The notes beneath the pieces were generated by a model. That model did not search any database and had not been told where the DNA came from. It was given only the letters and a program-made list of their open reading frames with translations. From contig CAXTYC010000004.1 of the NCBI GenBank assembly GCA_964248365.1, positions 128,001 through 192,000 on the forward strand: DNA of 64,000 bases. The letters are read 5' to 3'. Numbering within the stretch: position 1 is the stretch's first letter; each line of letters starts with the position of its first letter. Positions 51,420-61,858 of the stretch are shown here, piece by piece. Source of the DNA: an uncultured Chroococcidiopsis sp. Lineage in GTDB: Bacteria; Cyanobacteriota; Cyanobacteriia; Cyanobacteriales; Chroococcidiopsidaceae. Both the position numbers and the translations under genes were made by a program.

Positions 51420-52931
51420 TTAAGGTAGCCAAAAATCAGGTATAAAATTCTTGCTCCAAGTGCGAAATCTCTGGTTGAGCGATCGCCCTATCTGAATATG
51501 TGGTTCATCAGCCTCTACTGGGATAATCCCCGCCTTACTCCCACGCCTAAACCGCTCTATTACCAAATTTGCTGCTTCTAAACCAGTTACATAAGCTTTT
51601 TCCTGTGACCAAGATCCGTGACGATTTATAATCCAGTCACCACTCATAAATACATTATCTATACTCGTCTTTGCTGGCAACATAGATCGATAACTACCAG
51701 GTGCAAAGTGAGTAACTGCGCGTGGTAATCGGATTATACTACTATCAATTACCTCCGCTTCCCGAAATGCTGGAATACAAGTTGCTAAATCTTGCTGTAC
51801 CAGTGGCACAATTTCCTCATTGCTCAATGGTAAAAATTGATTAGCGTGATAGAAATCTACCTCAACTACACTTCCTGGTTCGTTGCGGTACTCGTCATGC
51901 AATGCATTTAAGTCAAAAAAAGTCCAGCCCGTAGTTGCATTAAATCCGAAACAGGCGTTAGAAGGACGGGGAATAGTAATTTTGCGATCGAACCATAGTC
52001 TTGTTGCAAGTACATCAACTGCACTCAAATTCATTAAATCTCGAAACTCCTGGCGGTTATGCAAACTAGGGCTACTGCTGACTATCTTCTGCATCGCGCT
52101 AACTCCCACAGCAAAGATCACTGCGTCAGCCTCAAAGGTTTCATCTCCACAGACAACACCTGTTGCATTACCATTACTATCAAGGATGATATCGCTAACT
52201 CTTTTGTTTGCCAGTAGTTTTGCCCCAGCTTGTTCGATGCGTTCTACCCAAGGGCGAAATATCATTTCCCCAACTGTACCCCGACACCAAACCACATCAA
52301 AATCTGGTTGATGGGCGAGGATGAAAAAGTACAGCATCCCTATGGTGGCGGCGGCTGAACACTGTTCACCAGGGGCGAACAAGCCTACTAACAGCATCGG
52401 TTCAAATGAGTCGTAGTAAAGTCGTGCAGAGACACCAAAATCTTTAAATAGTTCACGGGCTGTTACTGAATCGTAGCGTCGCCAAGCTTCATCAGAATTG
52501 TCAAAATCAACGACTGCATAGAGTAGAGGTAATGCAGAAAGGCGATCGCTCAGCGGTAAACGCTTAAATTGTGTGTATAAAAACGTTCCCAATGGTGTGG
52601 GTAGTCGTGGCAAATCTTGAAATATCGGTGATTCGACTTCTAATCCGGCGGGTGAGTACTGAGATGAACGGGTGAAAGGAGTAAAGGGATTGATACCTAA
52701 TTCCCGTATTAGGGAAAAGATATTTCTATATGGATACCAGAAGCCATGAATCCCAGCTTCAACCGATCGCCCACCTTCTGTTTTCCAGCCTGCTACCAAG
52801 CCACCAGGATAAGCACCAGCTTCCAAAAGTGTGACATCATATCCCTGCTTTGCTAGGTGATAAGTAGCACCCAAGCCAGCCCAACCAGCACCGACGACGA
52901 CTACTTTAGAATTTTGTGATTTCGTTGTCAT
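51420..52931 (-). CDS. FAD-dependent oxidoreductase (amine oxidase / phytoene-desaturase-like fold)
   Basis: VVGAGWAGL, EAGIHGFW, SGDW and SQEKAYVTG motifs. Confidence 0.85.
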   Translation of the reverse strand: MTTKSQNSKVVVVGAGWAGLGATYHLAKQGYDVTLLEAGAYPGGLVAGWKTEGGRSVEAGIHGFWYPYRNIFSLIRELGINPFTPFTRSSQYSPAGLEVESPIFQDLPRLPTPLGTFLYTQFKRLPLSDRLSALPLLYAVVDFDNSDEAWRRYDSVTARELFKDFGVSARLYYDSFEPMLLVGLFAPGEQCSAAATIGMLYFFILAHQPDFDVVWCRGTVGEMIFRPWVERIEQAGAKLLANKRVSDIILDSNGNATGVVCGDETFEADAVIFAVGVSAMQKIVSSSPSLHNRQEFRDLMNLSAVDVLATRLWFDRKITIPRPSNACFGFNATTGWTFFDLNALHDEYRNEPGSVVEVDFYHANQFLPLSNEEIVPLVQQDLATCIPAFREAEVIDSSIIRLPRAVTHFAPGSYRSMLPAKTSIDNVFMSGDWIINRHGSWSQEKAYVTGLEAANLVIERFRRGSKAGIIPVEADEPHIQIGRSLNQRFRTWSKNFIPDFWLP

Positions 52932-53056
52932 AGCTCATGCGATCGCTTCTTTTTCAGGATGACACTATTTGCCCTACTAATGCGGACGTATTGTTAGCCG
53001 CTGGTGTTGTGGCGGGAAAACTAGAGACAGGAGAAGGGGCGCGATCGTTCTTTTCT

Positions 53057-53227
53057 GATATCTTGCACCTACCCCATCTCCCGCCAAGAAATAAATTTCA
53101 AAGGACCAAAGCCACTCGTCCACTTGGGTGGACTAAAATCCTTACCTAGTCTTCTTTAGAAGACGAGAGCTATTAGCCTGTTGAATTCAGTCGACAGGCG
53201 GTTGTGGGAAGTGGTGCAAGATCTGAG
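53057..53227. mobile_element. MITE-like element, diverged copy 3
   Basis: GATATCTTGCACC...GGTGCAAGATCTGAG ends, with the same internal hairpin modules (GTCCAC/GTGGAC, AGTCTTC..GAAGAC, GAGCTATTAGCC). Confidence 0.72.
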
Positions 53228-53630
53228 TTTTGAAGTTTTAATAACTAGGGTAGTCCTTGTCGAAAAAATTTCTCTAATTTATTGCACTTCTATGGATGCC
53301 TTCACCTTTGGAAACGAGCTTTTTGTGAGGCAATACGATATTTCCGATTTATCAAACATCGTAATTCTAAGGGCAGAAAGTCGTTTAAACAAAGATAAAT
53401 ACAATCTCATTTTTAAATGAGGCAAGAGCCTCCAGGCAATCCCTCGATGCAAGATCCTGTAAATGATGAAAATTCTGTTGCCGCTACAGTCTACCACGCT
53501 TTGAGCGCAAGATCGCCCACAATATCGCTTCTTTTTGCCCAATCACACCATTTGCATAGCCGATATACATTGGCGTTAGATAAAATTGCGGTGATAATAG
53601 TGCATTCTACTGGCAACGTGAGCAGGCAAA

Positions 53631-56600
53631 ATGACGACGATCGCCTTTTCTGGCTATACCATTAGCGAAACGATTCATGATGGCGACAAAACAATCGTTT
53701 ATCGTAGCATCAGAAAGCGCGATCGCTACCAGGTAGTGATAAAAATTCTCAAAGCCGAGTTCCCTACCCTGCAAGAGATCGCCCGTCTTAAACAGGAATA
53801 TAAAATTTTAACATATTTAGATGATGTAGGAGTTGTAAAAACCTACGGCTTAGAAAATTCTCAAAATCGATTAGCCTTAATATTAGAAGATTTTGGCGGC
53901 ATACCTCTTGGGCAATTTGCTACGTCTAAAAAGTTGGAATTAACAGATTTTTTGAATATAGCAATTCAACTTTCAGGCACTTTGGGAGTTATCCACCAAA
54001 ACAATATTATCCATAAAGATATCAAACCAAAAAACATTCTGATAAATCCTAATACAGGTCAGGTAAAAATAATTGATTTTAGTATATCTTCGTATTTATC
54101 TAAAGAAAATCCATATCTGAGCAACATTAACTCATTAGAAGGCACTCTATCATACATTTCTCCAGAGCAAACAGGGCGGATGAATCGATTGATTGATTAC
54201 CGCAGTGACCTGTATTCTTTAGGAGTAACTTTTTATAAACTGCTAACAGGTTCACTCCCTTTTCAATCTACCGATCCGCTAGAACTGATCCATTGCCATA
54301 TTGCCAAACAACCAATTTATCCGCATCAGTTGCAACAAGAAATTCCCCTGGCAATATCGAATTTGGTAATGAAGCTATTAGCTAAAAATGCTGAAGATAG
54401 ATATCAAAGTGGTTTTGGCGTGAAAGCAGATTTGGAATTGGCACTCACACAGTTAGAGACAAAAGGTGAGATTTCCAACTTTGCGATCGCCCAACAAGAT
54501 TTATCAGGAAAACTACTAATTCCCCAAAAACTTTATGGTAGAGAAGCTGAAGTTCAAACCTTGATGGATGCGTTCACACGGATTAGTAACGGTGCGTGTG
54601 AAATGATGCTAGTGAGTGGCTATTCTGGCATCGGTAAATCATCTTTAGTCAATGAAATTCATAAACCTATTCTACAACAACGGGGATATTTTATAGAAGG
54701 TAAATTTGACCAGTTTAAGCGTGATATTCCCTATGCTTCCCTAATTCAAGCATTTCAGGAATTGATTCAACAATTACTTGCAGCAGAGATTTTGTCAGTT
54801 TGGAAAGCAAAACTCCTAAAGGCTTTGGGTAATAACGCACAGGTAATTATCGATGTGATTCCTGAAGTGGAATTGATTATTGGAACTCAACCTGCTGTAG
54901 CGCAACTCGGTGCAACAGAAGCCCAAAACCGCTTTAATCGAGTATTTCAAGCATTTATTCGGGTATTTGCAGCAGCCGAACATCCCCTAGTTGTGTTTTT
55001 AGATGACTTGCAGTGGGCAGATTCTGCCTCTTTGAAGTTAATTCAGATTTTGATGAATGACCAAAATAGTGGTTATTTGCTGCTATTGGGGGCGTATCGT
55101 GATAACGAAGTGAGTTCATCTCATCGGTTGGTTCAAACTGTAGAACAGATTCAACAAGCTGGTGCAATAGTTAATAATATTGTACTTTCTCCTTTAGATA
55201 TTGGTAGTGTCAATCAATTAATGGCTGATACGTTAAATGAAGTAGAATCATCTAAAGAACTAGCCAAATTAGTTTTCCAGAAAACACAGGGTAATCCATT
55301 CTTTTTAACTCAGTTACTGAAATCTTTATATCAAGAAAATTTACTCCTGTTTAATTTTATTAGTGGTAAATGGCAATGGGATATTGAGCAAATCCAGGCA
55401 GTGGGTGTTACGGATAATGTTGTCGATTTGATGATTGGTAAGATTCAAAAGTTGCCAGAAACAACTCAAAATATCCTCAAATTAGCTGCTTGTATAGGAA
55501 ACCGTTTTGACTTAGAAACCCTGGCTGTAATTAATGAAAAATCTTTTCTAACTACAGCTGCCGAAATTTGGGCAGCCCTGCAAGAAGAATTGATTTTACC
55601 CTTGAGTAATGCTTATAAAATTCCTCTGGTTGTGGGTGAAGAAACGGCGGCTAATAATTCTTTTGATCGAGGAAGCTATCAATTTTTGCATGACAGAGTG
55701 CAGCAGGCAGCATATACGCTTATTCCAGAGGCAGAGAAAAAAGCCACTCATTTTAAAATTGGTCAACTTCTGCTAGAAAGTCAAACGAATGAGGCGCAAG
55801 AAGAAAATATTTTTGAGTTAGTGAACCAGCTAAATTATGGTGTTGATGTAATTAAAAGTCAAGCAGAAAGAAATCAATTAGCCCAACTAAATTTAATTGC
55901 AGGGCGAAAAGCAAAAGCTTCAATTGCCTATGAACCTGCTGCCAGATATTTAAATGTAGCTAACAATTTGTTGTCAAGAGATTGGCACGAGTATGACTTA
56001 AGCCTGAATATTTATGATGCAACGATTGACATAGAATGTATCAATGGCAATTATCAGCGATCGCAAGCCTTAATTAACATTGCCCTAGCACAGGTTAAAA
56101 CCCTCTTAGATCGTGTCCGCATCTATAAGAGACAAATTCAGTTGTATATTGCTCAAGGAGATTTACCCGCAGCTATTGATACGGCATTGGTAGTTCTGGA
56201 AATGCTTGGTGTTCCTATCCCAACTGATGTAGAAGAAATCAATCAGTATTGCGAACAAATACGGCAAGAATTGGTATTTGAAAATAGCCAAATTGCTGAG
56301 TTGGCAAACCTACCTTTGATGAGCGATCCTCATAAACAGGCGGCGATGGAAATCTTAATTACCATGCCAGGTCCAGTATATATTGTCAAACCGCAACTTT
56401 TTATGCCGATGATGTTGACAATGGCAAGTCTATCGGTGAAGTACGGCAATTGGGTTCCTTCTTCGTTTGGCTATTGTATTTATGGGGCGCTTTTGTGTGC
56501 TGTCTTTGGAGATATCGACACTGGCTATGAATTTGGGCAATTGTCATTGAAAGTGTTAGAGCAATTCAATGATAAAGCATTGTATCCGCAGGTGATCAAG

Positions 56601-59015
56601 GTTTATGCCAGCCATATCGATCACTGTAAAAATCATATTCAATCTGCTATCGACTTCCTGCAATTGTCAATCGAAAATTCAGTTGAAACTGGCAATATTG
56701 AGTTTTTGGGGTATGGCAGCGCAGAATACGCTATCTACCTCTTTTTTAGTGGAGAAAATTTAGAAATCGTCAATCAAAAGGTAACGCCTTATGTAGAATT
56801 AGTCAAAAGCTTTAAACAGGATTTAGGCATTTATTACATCAGAATTGCTAGGCAAGTTGTTTTGAATTTGAGCGGTGGGGGAACTGATCCATTAGTGTTA
56901 ACAGGTGAGAGTTTCAATGAAGAAACAATGCTACCCCCTGTGATAGCGGCAAATTGGAAAACGTTAATCTGCTGCTTTTACTTGTTCAAATTAATGCTGG
57001 CTTATTTATTTAATGACTATGAACAGGCGAATGCCTATGCCAAATTAACCTCGTCTAATTTAGAGGGTGTACTAGCCATGATGATGGCTTACGAATACAA
57101 TTTCTACCACTCTCTTGTTCTGTTGGCTCGGTATAACAGTATAGACGCTAGTGAACGCGAACAAGTACTCTTGCAGGTGCAATTAAATCAGGAAACTTTG
57201 GCACAGAAGGCGTTTCATGCCCCGATGAATTTTCAGCACAAATATGATTTAGTCGAGGCTGAAAAAGCAAGAGTATTAGGACAAATGCGAGCAGCAATGG
57301 ATTATTATGATGCCAGCATTAAAGCAGCTAGAATTCATGGTTATACTCAAGAGGAAGCTTTAGCTAATGAACTGGCAGCTAAGTTTTATCTAGAAATAGG
57401 CAAAGAAAAAATTGCTAAAGCTTATATGACTGATGCTTACTTAGGTTATGTTAGTTGGGGTGCAACTGCAAAAGCTTCATATTTGGCACAGCGTTATCCC
57501 GATTTTATTGTCAAACCAGCAGGAAAAACAACGGCTTTAACTCTTGCAATCGATCCATCAATAACTTCAAGTTCGGGTGGAACTGGGGCGTTGTTAGATT
57601 TAGCCACTGTTGTTAAAGCTTCTGGGGCGATCGCGGCTGAAATTGTCCTGTCAAACTTACTTGACAAATTAATCAAAATCGTGATTGAAAATGCTGGGGC
57701 GCAAAGAGGATTACTGATCTCGGAAAAATCAAAAGGTTTTGTAATTGAAGCGGCAGGTATTGCAGATGAAAATCAGATAATATCCTTACAGTCTGCTGCT
57801 CAAATTAATCAGCAGTTGCCTTTGTTAATTATGAATTATGTAGTTAGAACTAGGGAAACTGTTGTTTTAACTGATGCAACCGGAGACGGTATTTTTAGCA
57901 ATGATCCTTATATTATAACCTTTCAACCAAAATCAGTGTTGTGTACTCCAATCATTCATCAAGGAGAACTCAAAAACATCTTATATCTAGAAAATAATTT
58001 AACAACAGGAGCTTTTACAGTTGAGCGGTTGGAAGTATTAAGATTGCTTTCTGCTCAGATTGCAGTTTCATTAGAAAATGCACAGCTTTATAGCAATTTA
58101 TCTAATACAAATGCCCAGTTAGAAGAGGCTAATAGGCAGTTAGAAAATTACGCCGAAACCCTAGAAGCAACAGTAGCAGAACGAACCCAGGAATTGCAGG
58201 AAAAAAATAATATTTTAGAGCGAACTACTAATCAATTAAAAATTACTAACCAAGAACTAGAAACATTTTCCTACTCAGTTTCACACGATCTACGCGCACC
58301 ACTGCGACGGATTAATAGCTTTAGCCAGATGCTATTAGAAGAGGCAGTAGAGCAATTGGATGAACAGAGTAAGCATTACCTGCGGCGGATTCAAGCTTCC
58401 ACTGAGCAGATGGGGCAGTTGATCGAGGATTTATTGCGATTGTCTCGCATTAGCCGCACCCAGATTCAACGGCAAGAGGTGAATTTGAGTGCGATGGTAA
58501 GAGCAGTAGCCCAAGACTTGCTTTCATCTCAACCAGAACGAATAGTCGAGTTCCAAATTGCTGAAAACGTGACTACCAGTGCCGATGCCCATCTCCTCCA
58601 TTCTGCCCTGGAAAACTTGCTAGGCAATGCCTGGAAATACACGCAAAAACGACCCCACGCTCGGATTGAATTCGGTGTACTAATAGAGGGGCTTTGGCGC
58701 AGAGGCTGGGGGCTAGGAAGAGCAGAAGGGGACAAGGAGGAACTAGGAGAAACCCTTTGTTCATCCCAAGTCCCAAGTCCCCAGCCCCAAGCCCCTCCGA
58801 TCTACTTCGTGCGGGATAATGGAGCAGGTTTTGACATGGCTTATGCAGATCAACTTTTTCAAGCCTTCCGCCGCCTGCATTCGGCATCAGAATTTGAAGG
58901 TACTGGTGTTGGTTTAGCTACAGTGCAGCGAATTATCCATCGTCACGGGGGACAGATTTGGGCAGAAAGCGCTGTAGATCAGGGCGCAAGTTTTTATTTT
59001 ACTTTGGATGGTTAG
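53631..59015 (+). CDS. HstK-type Ser/Thr kinase - AAA ATPase - GAF - histidine kinase
   Basis: HKDIKP.N, SPEQTGRMNR..DYRSD, GYSGIGKS, LDDLQWAD, GAF (YLENN), SHDLRAPL, DNGAGF, GTGVGL. Confidence 0.95.
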   Translation: MTTIAFSGYTISETIHDGDKTIVYRSIRKRDRYQVVIKILKAEFPTLQEIARLKQEYKILTYLDDVGVVKTYGLENSQNRLALILEDFGGIPLGQFATSKKLELTDFLNIAIQLSGTLGVIHQNNIIHKDIKPKNILINPNTGQVKIIDFSISSYLSKENPYLSNINSLEGTLSYISPEQTGRMNRLIDYRSDLYSLGVTFYKLLTGSLPFQSTDPLELIHCHIAKQPIYPHQLQQEIPLAISNLVMKLLAKNAEDRYQSGFGVKADLELALTQLETKGEISNFAIAQQDLSGKLLIPQKLYGREAEVQTLMDAFTRISNGACEMMLVSGYSGIGKSSLVNEIHKPILQQRGYFIEGKFDQFKRDIPYASLIQAFQELIQQLLAAEILSVWKAKLLKALGNNAQVIIDVIPEVELIIGTQPAVAQLGATEAQNRFNRVFQAFIRVFAAAEHPLVVFLDDLQWADSASLKLIQILMNDQNSGYLLLLGAYRDNEVSSSHRLVQTVEQIQQAGAIVNNIVLSPLDIGSVNQLMADTLNEVESSKELAKLVFQKTQGNPFFLTQLLKSLYQENLLLFNFISGKWQWDIEQIQAVGVTDNVVDLMIGKIQKLPETTQNILKLAACIGNRFDLETLAVINEKSFLTTAAEIWAALQEELILPLSNAYKIPLVVGEETAANNSFDRGSYQFLHDRVQQAAYTLIPEAEKKATHFKIGQLLLESQTNEAQEENIFELVNQLNYGVDVIKSQAERNQLAQLNLIAGRKAKASIAYEPAARYLNVANNLLSRDWHEYDLSLNIYDATIDIECINGNYQRSQALINIALAQVKTLLDRVRIYKRQIQLYIAQGDLPAAIDTALVVLEMLGVPIPTDVEEINQYCEQIRQELVFENSQIAELANLPLMSDPHKQAAMEILITMPGPVYIVKPQLFMPMMLTMASLSVKYGNWVPSSFGYCIYGALLCAVFGDIDTGYEFGQLSLKVLEQFNDKALYPQVIKVYASHIDHCKNHIQSAIDFLQLSIENSVETGNIEFLGYGSAEYAIYLFFSGENLEIVNQKVTPYVELVKSFKQDLGIYYIRIARQVVLNLSGGGTDPLVLTGESFNEETMLPPVIAANWKTLICCFYLFKLMLAYLFNDYEQANAYAKLTSSNLEGVLAMMMAYEYNFYHSLVLLARYNSIDASEREQVLLQVQLNQETLAQKAFHAPMNFQHKYDLVEAEKARVLGQMRAAMDYYDASIKAARIHGYTQEEALANELAAKFYLEIGKEKIAKAYMTDAYLGYVSWGATAKASYLAQRYPDFIVKPAGKTTALTLAIDPSITSSSGGTGALLDLATVVKASGAIAAEIVLSNLLDKLIKIVIENAGAQRGLLISEKSKGFVIEAAGIADENQIISLQSAAQINQQLPLLIMNYVVRTRETVVLTDATGDGIFSNDPYIITFQPKSVLCTPIIHQGELKNILYLENNLTTGAFTVERLEVLRLLSAQIAVSLENAQLYSNLSNTNAQLEEANRQLENYAETLEATVAERTQELQEKNNILERTTNQLKITNQELETFSYSVSHDLRAPLRRINSFSQMLLEEAVEQLDEQSKHYLRRIQASTEQMGQLIEDLLRLSRISRTQIQRQEVNLSAMVRAVAQDLLSSQPERIVEFQIAENVTTSADAHLLHSALENLLGNAWKYTQKRPHARIEFGVLIEGLWRRGWGLGRAEGDKEELGETLCSSQVPSPQPQAPPIYFVRDNGAGFDMAYADQLFQAFRRLHSASEFEGTGVGLATVQRIIHRHGGQIWAESAVDQGASFYFTLDG

Positions 59016-61023
59016 GAGCATCACAATGGGAACCTTGCCGCTACGTGTTCTTATTATTGAAGATTCAGAAGATGATACCCTGGTGCTGCTTTCTACCCTT
59101 AAAAGTAATGGCTATAAACCCACCTATGAACGGGTAGACTCTGCCGCTGGGATGAGCGCTGCCCTAGACCAGCCCTGGGATGTGGTAATTGCTGACTATG
59201 TAGTGCCAGGATTTAACGCCGCTGCTGCGTTGTCGTTATTGAAGGAAAAGGGGCAAGACATCCCTTTTATTATCTTGTCTGGCGTAATTGATGAACAAAC
59301 AGCCGTGACTGCATTGAAAGCTGGGGCGCATGATTTTGTCCTCAAAAGTCGCATGGCGCGGCTGGTTCCAGCGATTGAACGAGAGATGCGCGAGGCTGAA
59401 ATTCGGCGAAAACATCGGCAGGCAGAGAAAGCACTACAAGAGAGTGAGTCAAGGTATCGATCGCTAGCGATCGCCACCTCTGCCGCAGTTTGGACAACCA
59501 ACGCCCAAGGAGAGGTAGTTGATGACATCCCATCTTGGCGGGCATTGACTGGACAAAGTGAGTCAGCAGTCAAGGGCTGGGGTTGGTTGGCTGCGATTCA
59601 TCCCGAAGATCGAGAGCGCACAGCGCAAATGTGGAAGGAAGCTGTAGCAACAAAAAGCATATATGACATAGAGCATCGGATACTTTTAGCCGATGGTACT
59701 TACCGATACTTCTCGGCACGGGGTGTCCCCGTTGTGCATGAAAGTGGAGAGGTTCAAGAATGGGTTGGCACTCATACAGATATTAGCGATCGCGTGACAA
59801 TGCAGTCAGCCCTGCGTCAACGGGCAGAAGAATTGACCGAAGCAAATCGCATCAAAGATGAATTTCTAGCAGTCGTCTCCCATGAGTTGCGTTCACCCCT
59901 CAACGCCATGCTTGGCTGGGTGACACTACTTCGGACTCGCCAATTTGATGCAGCCACGACAGCCAAAGCACTAGAAACTATTGAGCGCAATGCTAGATCG
60001 CAAGCGCAGCTAGTAGAGGATTTGCTCGATATTTCGCGCATTATTAGAGGTCAACTTCGCCTGAATGTCTGCCCAGTGAACTTAGTAAGCATAATTGAGG
60101 CAGCAATTGAGACAGTACGGCTGGCGGCTGATGCTAAAAATATTCACCTCAAAGCCGTACTAGATCCTACAGCAAGTTTAGTTACAGGAGACTCACACCG
60201 TTTACAACAAGTTGTCTGGAACCTGCTGACCAACGCCGTTAAGTTTACACCAAACGATGGACAGGTAGAAATTCGTCTCCAACGAATTAATTCTCATGTT
60301 GAAATTGCCGTGATTGATACAGGTATGGGCATCAGCGCCGAGTTTCTCCCATTCGTCTTCGATCGCTTTCGTCAGGAAGATAGTTCTAAAACTCGGTCTT
60401 ATAGTGGGTTGGGGCTGGGTTTGTCAATTGTGCGCCACCTGGTTGAACTGCATGGTGGAACTGTTCACGCCTACAGCCAGGGTGTAGAATGTGGATCGCA
60501 CTTTATCATAAAATTACCACTTTTGCAAGGAAATAGAGGCAGAGGGGCTGAGGGAGCTGAGGGAGCTAAATTTATAGCCTCTCGCCTCTCGCAGAGCGCC
60601 CCTCGCACAGCGCCCCTCGCAGAGCGCCCCTGTCTGCTTAATGGTTTGCGAATACTTGTAGTAGATGATCAAGCAGATGCCCGTGAGTTGTTAATTAGCA
60701 TCCTTCAACAAGAGAAATCTGAAGTTATGGCAGTTGCAACCGCAGACGAGGCAATGACAGCCTTAAGTCGAAAAGCAACGCAATTTGATGTATTAATCAG
60801 CGATATTGGTATGCCAGGTGAGGATGGCTACTCTTTGATCCGAAAAGTGCGTGCGATGAACCCCCTAAGCGGTGGACAGATTCCGGCTATAGCGCTGAGT
60901 GCCTATGCTAGAAGTGAAGATGCAACAGCCGCTCTTTTGGCAGGCTTTCACTATCATGTTGCCAAACCAGTTGATCCTGCTCAATTAATTGCGGCGATCG
61001 CTTCTGCCGCTAGACGAACCTGA
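59008..61023 (+). CDS. hybrid sensor kinase REC-PAS-HisKA-HATPase-REC
   Basis: IEDSEDD receiver, IHPEDRE PAS, SHELRSPL, NAVKFT, GLGLGL, DIGMP receiver; overlaps the upstream kinase by 8 bp. Confidence 0.95.
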   Translation: MVRSITMGTLPLRVLIIEDSEDDTLVLLSTLKSNGYKPTYERVDSAAGMSAALDQPWDVVIADYVVPGFNAAAALSLLKEKGQDIPFIILSGVIDEQTAVTALKAGAHDFVLKSRMARLVPAIEREMREAEIRRKHRQAEKALQESESRYRSLAIATSAAVWTTNAQGEVVDDIPSWRALTGQSESAVKGWGWLAAIHPEDRERTAQMWKEAVATKSIYDIEHRILLADGTYRYFSARGVPVVHESGEVQEWVGTHTDISDRVTMQSALRQRAEELTEANRIKDEFLAVVSHELRSPLNAMLGWVTLLRTRQFDAATTAKALETIERNARSQAQLVEDLLDISRIIRGQLRLNVCPVNLVSIIEAAIETVRLAADAKNIHLKAVLDPTASLVTGDSHRLQQVVWNLLTNAVKFTPNDGQVEIRLQRINSHVEIAVIDTGMGISAEFLPFVFDRFRQEDSSKTRSYSGLGLGLSIVRHLVELHGGTVHAYSQGVECGSHFIIKLPLLQGNRGRGAEGAEGAKFIASRLSQSAPRTAPLAERPCLLNGLRILVVDDQADARELLISILQQEKSEVMAVATADEAMTALSRKATQFDVLISDIGMPGEDGYSLIRKVRAMNPLSGGQIPAIALSAYARSEDATAALLAGFHYHVAKPVDPAQLIAAIASAARRT

Positions 61024-61033
61024 TATAGTCAAT

Positions 61034-61846
61034 CTACGGCATCCACTCTAAAACAATCCCCACCCGACTATCTTTATCTTCGCTAGAATTTTGCTTTTGA
61101 ATATCAGTAGATAAGCGCAAATTACGAGTAACAGCATAGCCGAAAGAAAGCGTCGTTAAACCCACTTCCTCGTCTGTACCTGGAGATACCCAACTCTGAG
61201 TAAAGGAAATATCAGCCGCACCCCCACGAGACAATACTAACAGCAGCCTCGCACCAAGATTTACACCATCTGTCGAGTATTCATCAGTTGACAAATGGCG
61301 ATAGCCTACCAGTGGGGCAAAATTGATATACTTACCCAAGGGACGCACATAATAATGTAAATCTGCTCCCCATGCTTCCCGACTGCCATTAAAAGCAGCC
61401 TGATATTCACCACTGACTGTAAAACGACTTCGAGCAATAAATATATCTTCTACACCAATATTCCACCCCCCCACAGCATCCCTAGAGGAAAACAGCGAAT
61501 AACCCAGCCGCAGCCTTGTGCGAAAACTAGGATCATTGTTGATTTCATCTAAAATATTCGGTACTTTACGCAACCACCGCTGTAAAAGTGGACTGTTTTT
61601 AATAACTTCTGGACTTAAATCTAAATCAGCAGCATTGGGTGTCGGTGGCGGCGGCGCACCCCAAGCAGGAGAAGCCAACAAGCAAATACTTAACAAACAC
61701 ACAGCAAAGTAGATTCCCCCTTCGTTACCCCCTTCGTTACCAAGCTGAGCCTGATAACGAGAGAAATATTTCTTGGCGTTCTTGGCGACTTGGCGGTTCA
61801 TAAAAAAAGTGGCTCTGCATTCTACAGAACCACCACAGCGGAGCAA
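61034..61846 (-). CDS. conserved cyanobacterial exported/outer-membrane-like hypothetical protein (start uncertain)
   Basis: Signal-like LLSICLLASPAWG, DLDLSPEVI..SP.LQRW, DPSFRTR, alternating beta-strand pattern. The N-terminal extension overlaps repeats. Confidence 0.72.
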   Translation of the reverse strand: MLRCGGSVECRATFFMNRQVAKNAKKYFSRYQAQLGNEGGNEGGIYFAVCLLSICLLASPAWGAPPPPTPNAADLDLSPEVIKNSPLLQRWLRKVPNILDEINNDPSFRTRLRLGYSLFSSRDAVGGWNIGVEDIFIARSRFTVSGEYQAAFNGSREAWGADLHYYVRPLGKYINFAPLVGYRHLSTDEYSTDGVNLGARLLLVLSRGGAADISFTQSWVSPGTDEEVGLTTLSFGYAVTRNLRLSTDIQKQNSSEDKDSRVGIVLEWMP

Positions 61847-61858
61847 AACTTGGAGACT

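Noticed and set aside
52937..53665. Several 70-87 aa ORFs upstream of the HstK kinase
   Set aside because: They overlap a MITE and the divergent promoter region and show no coding signatures.
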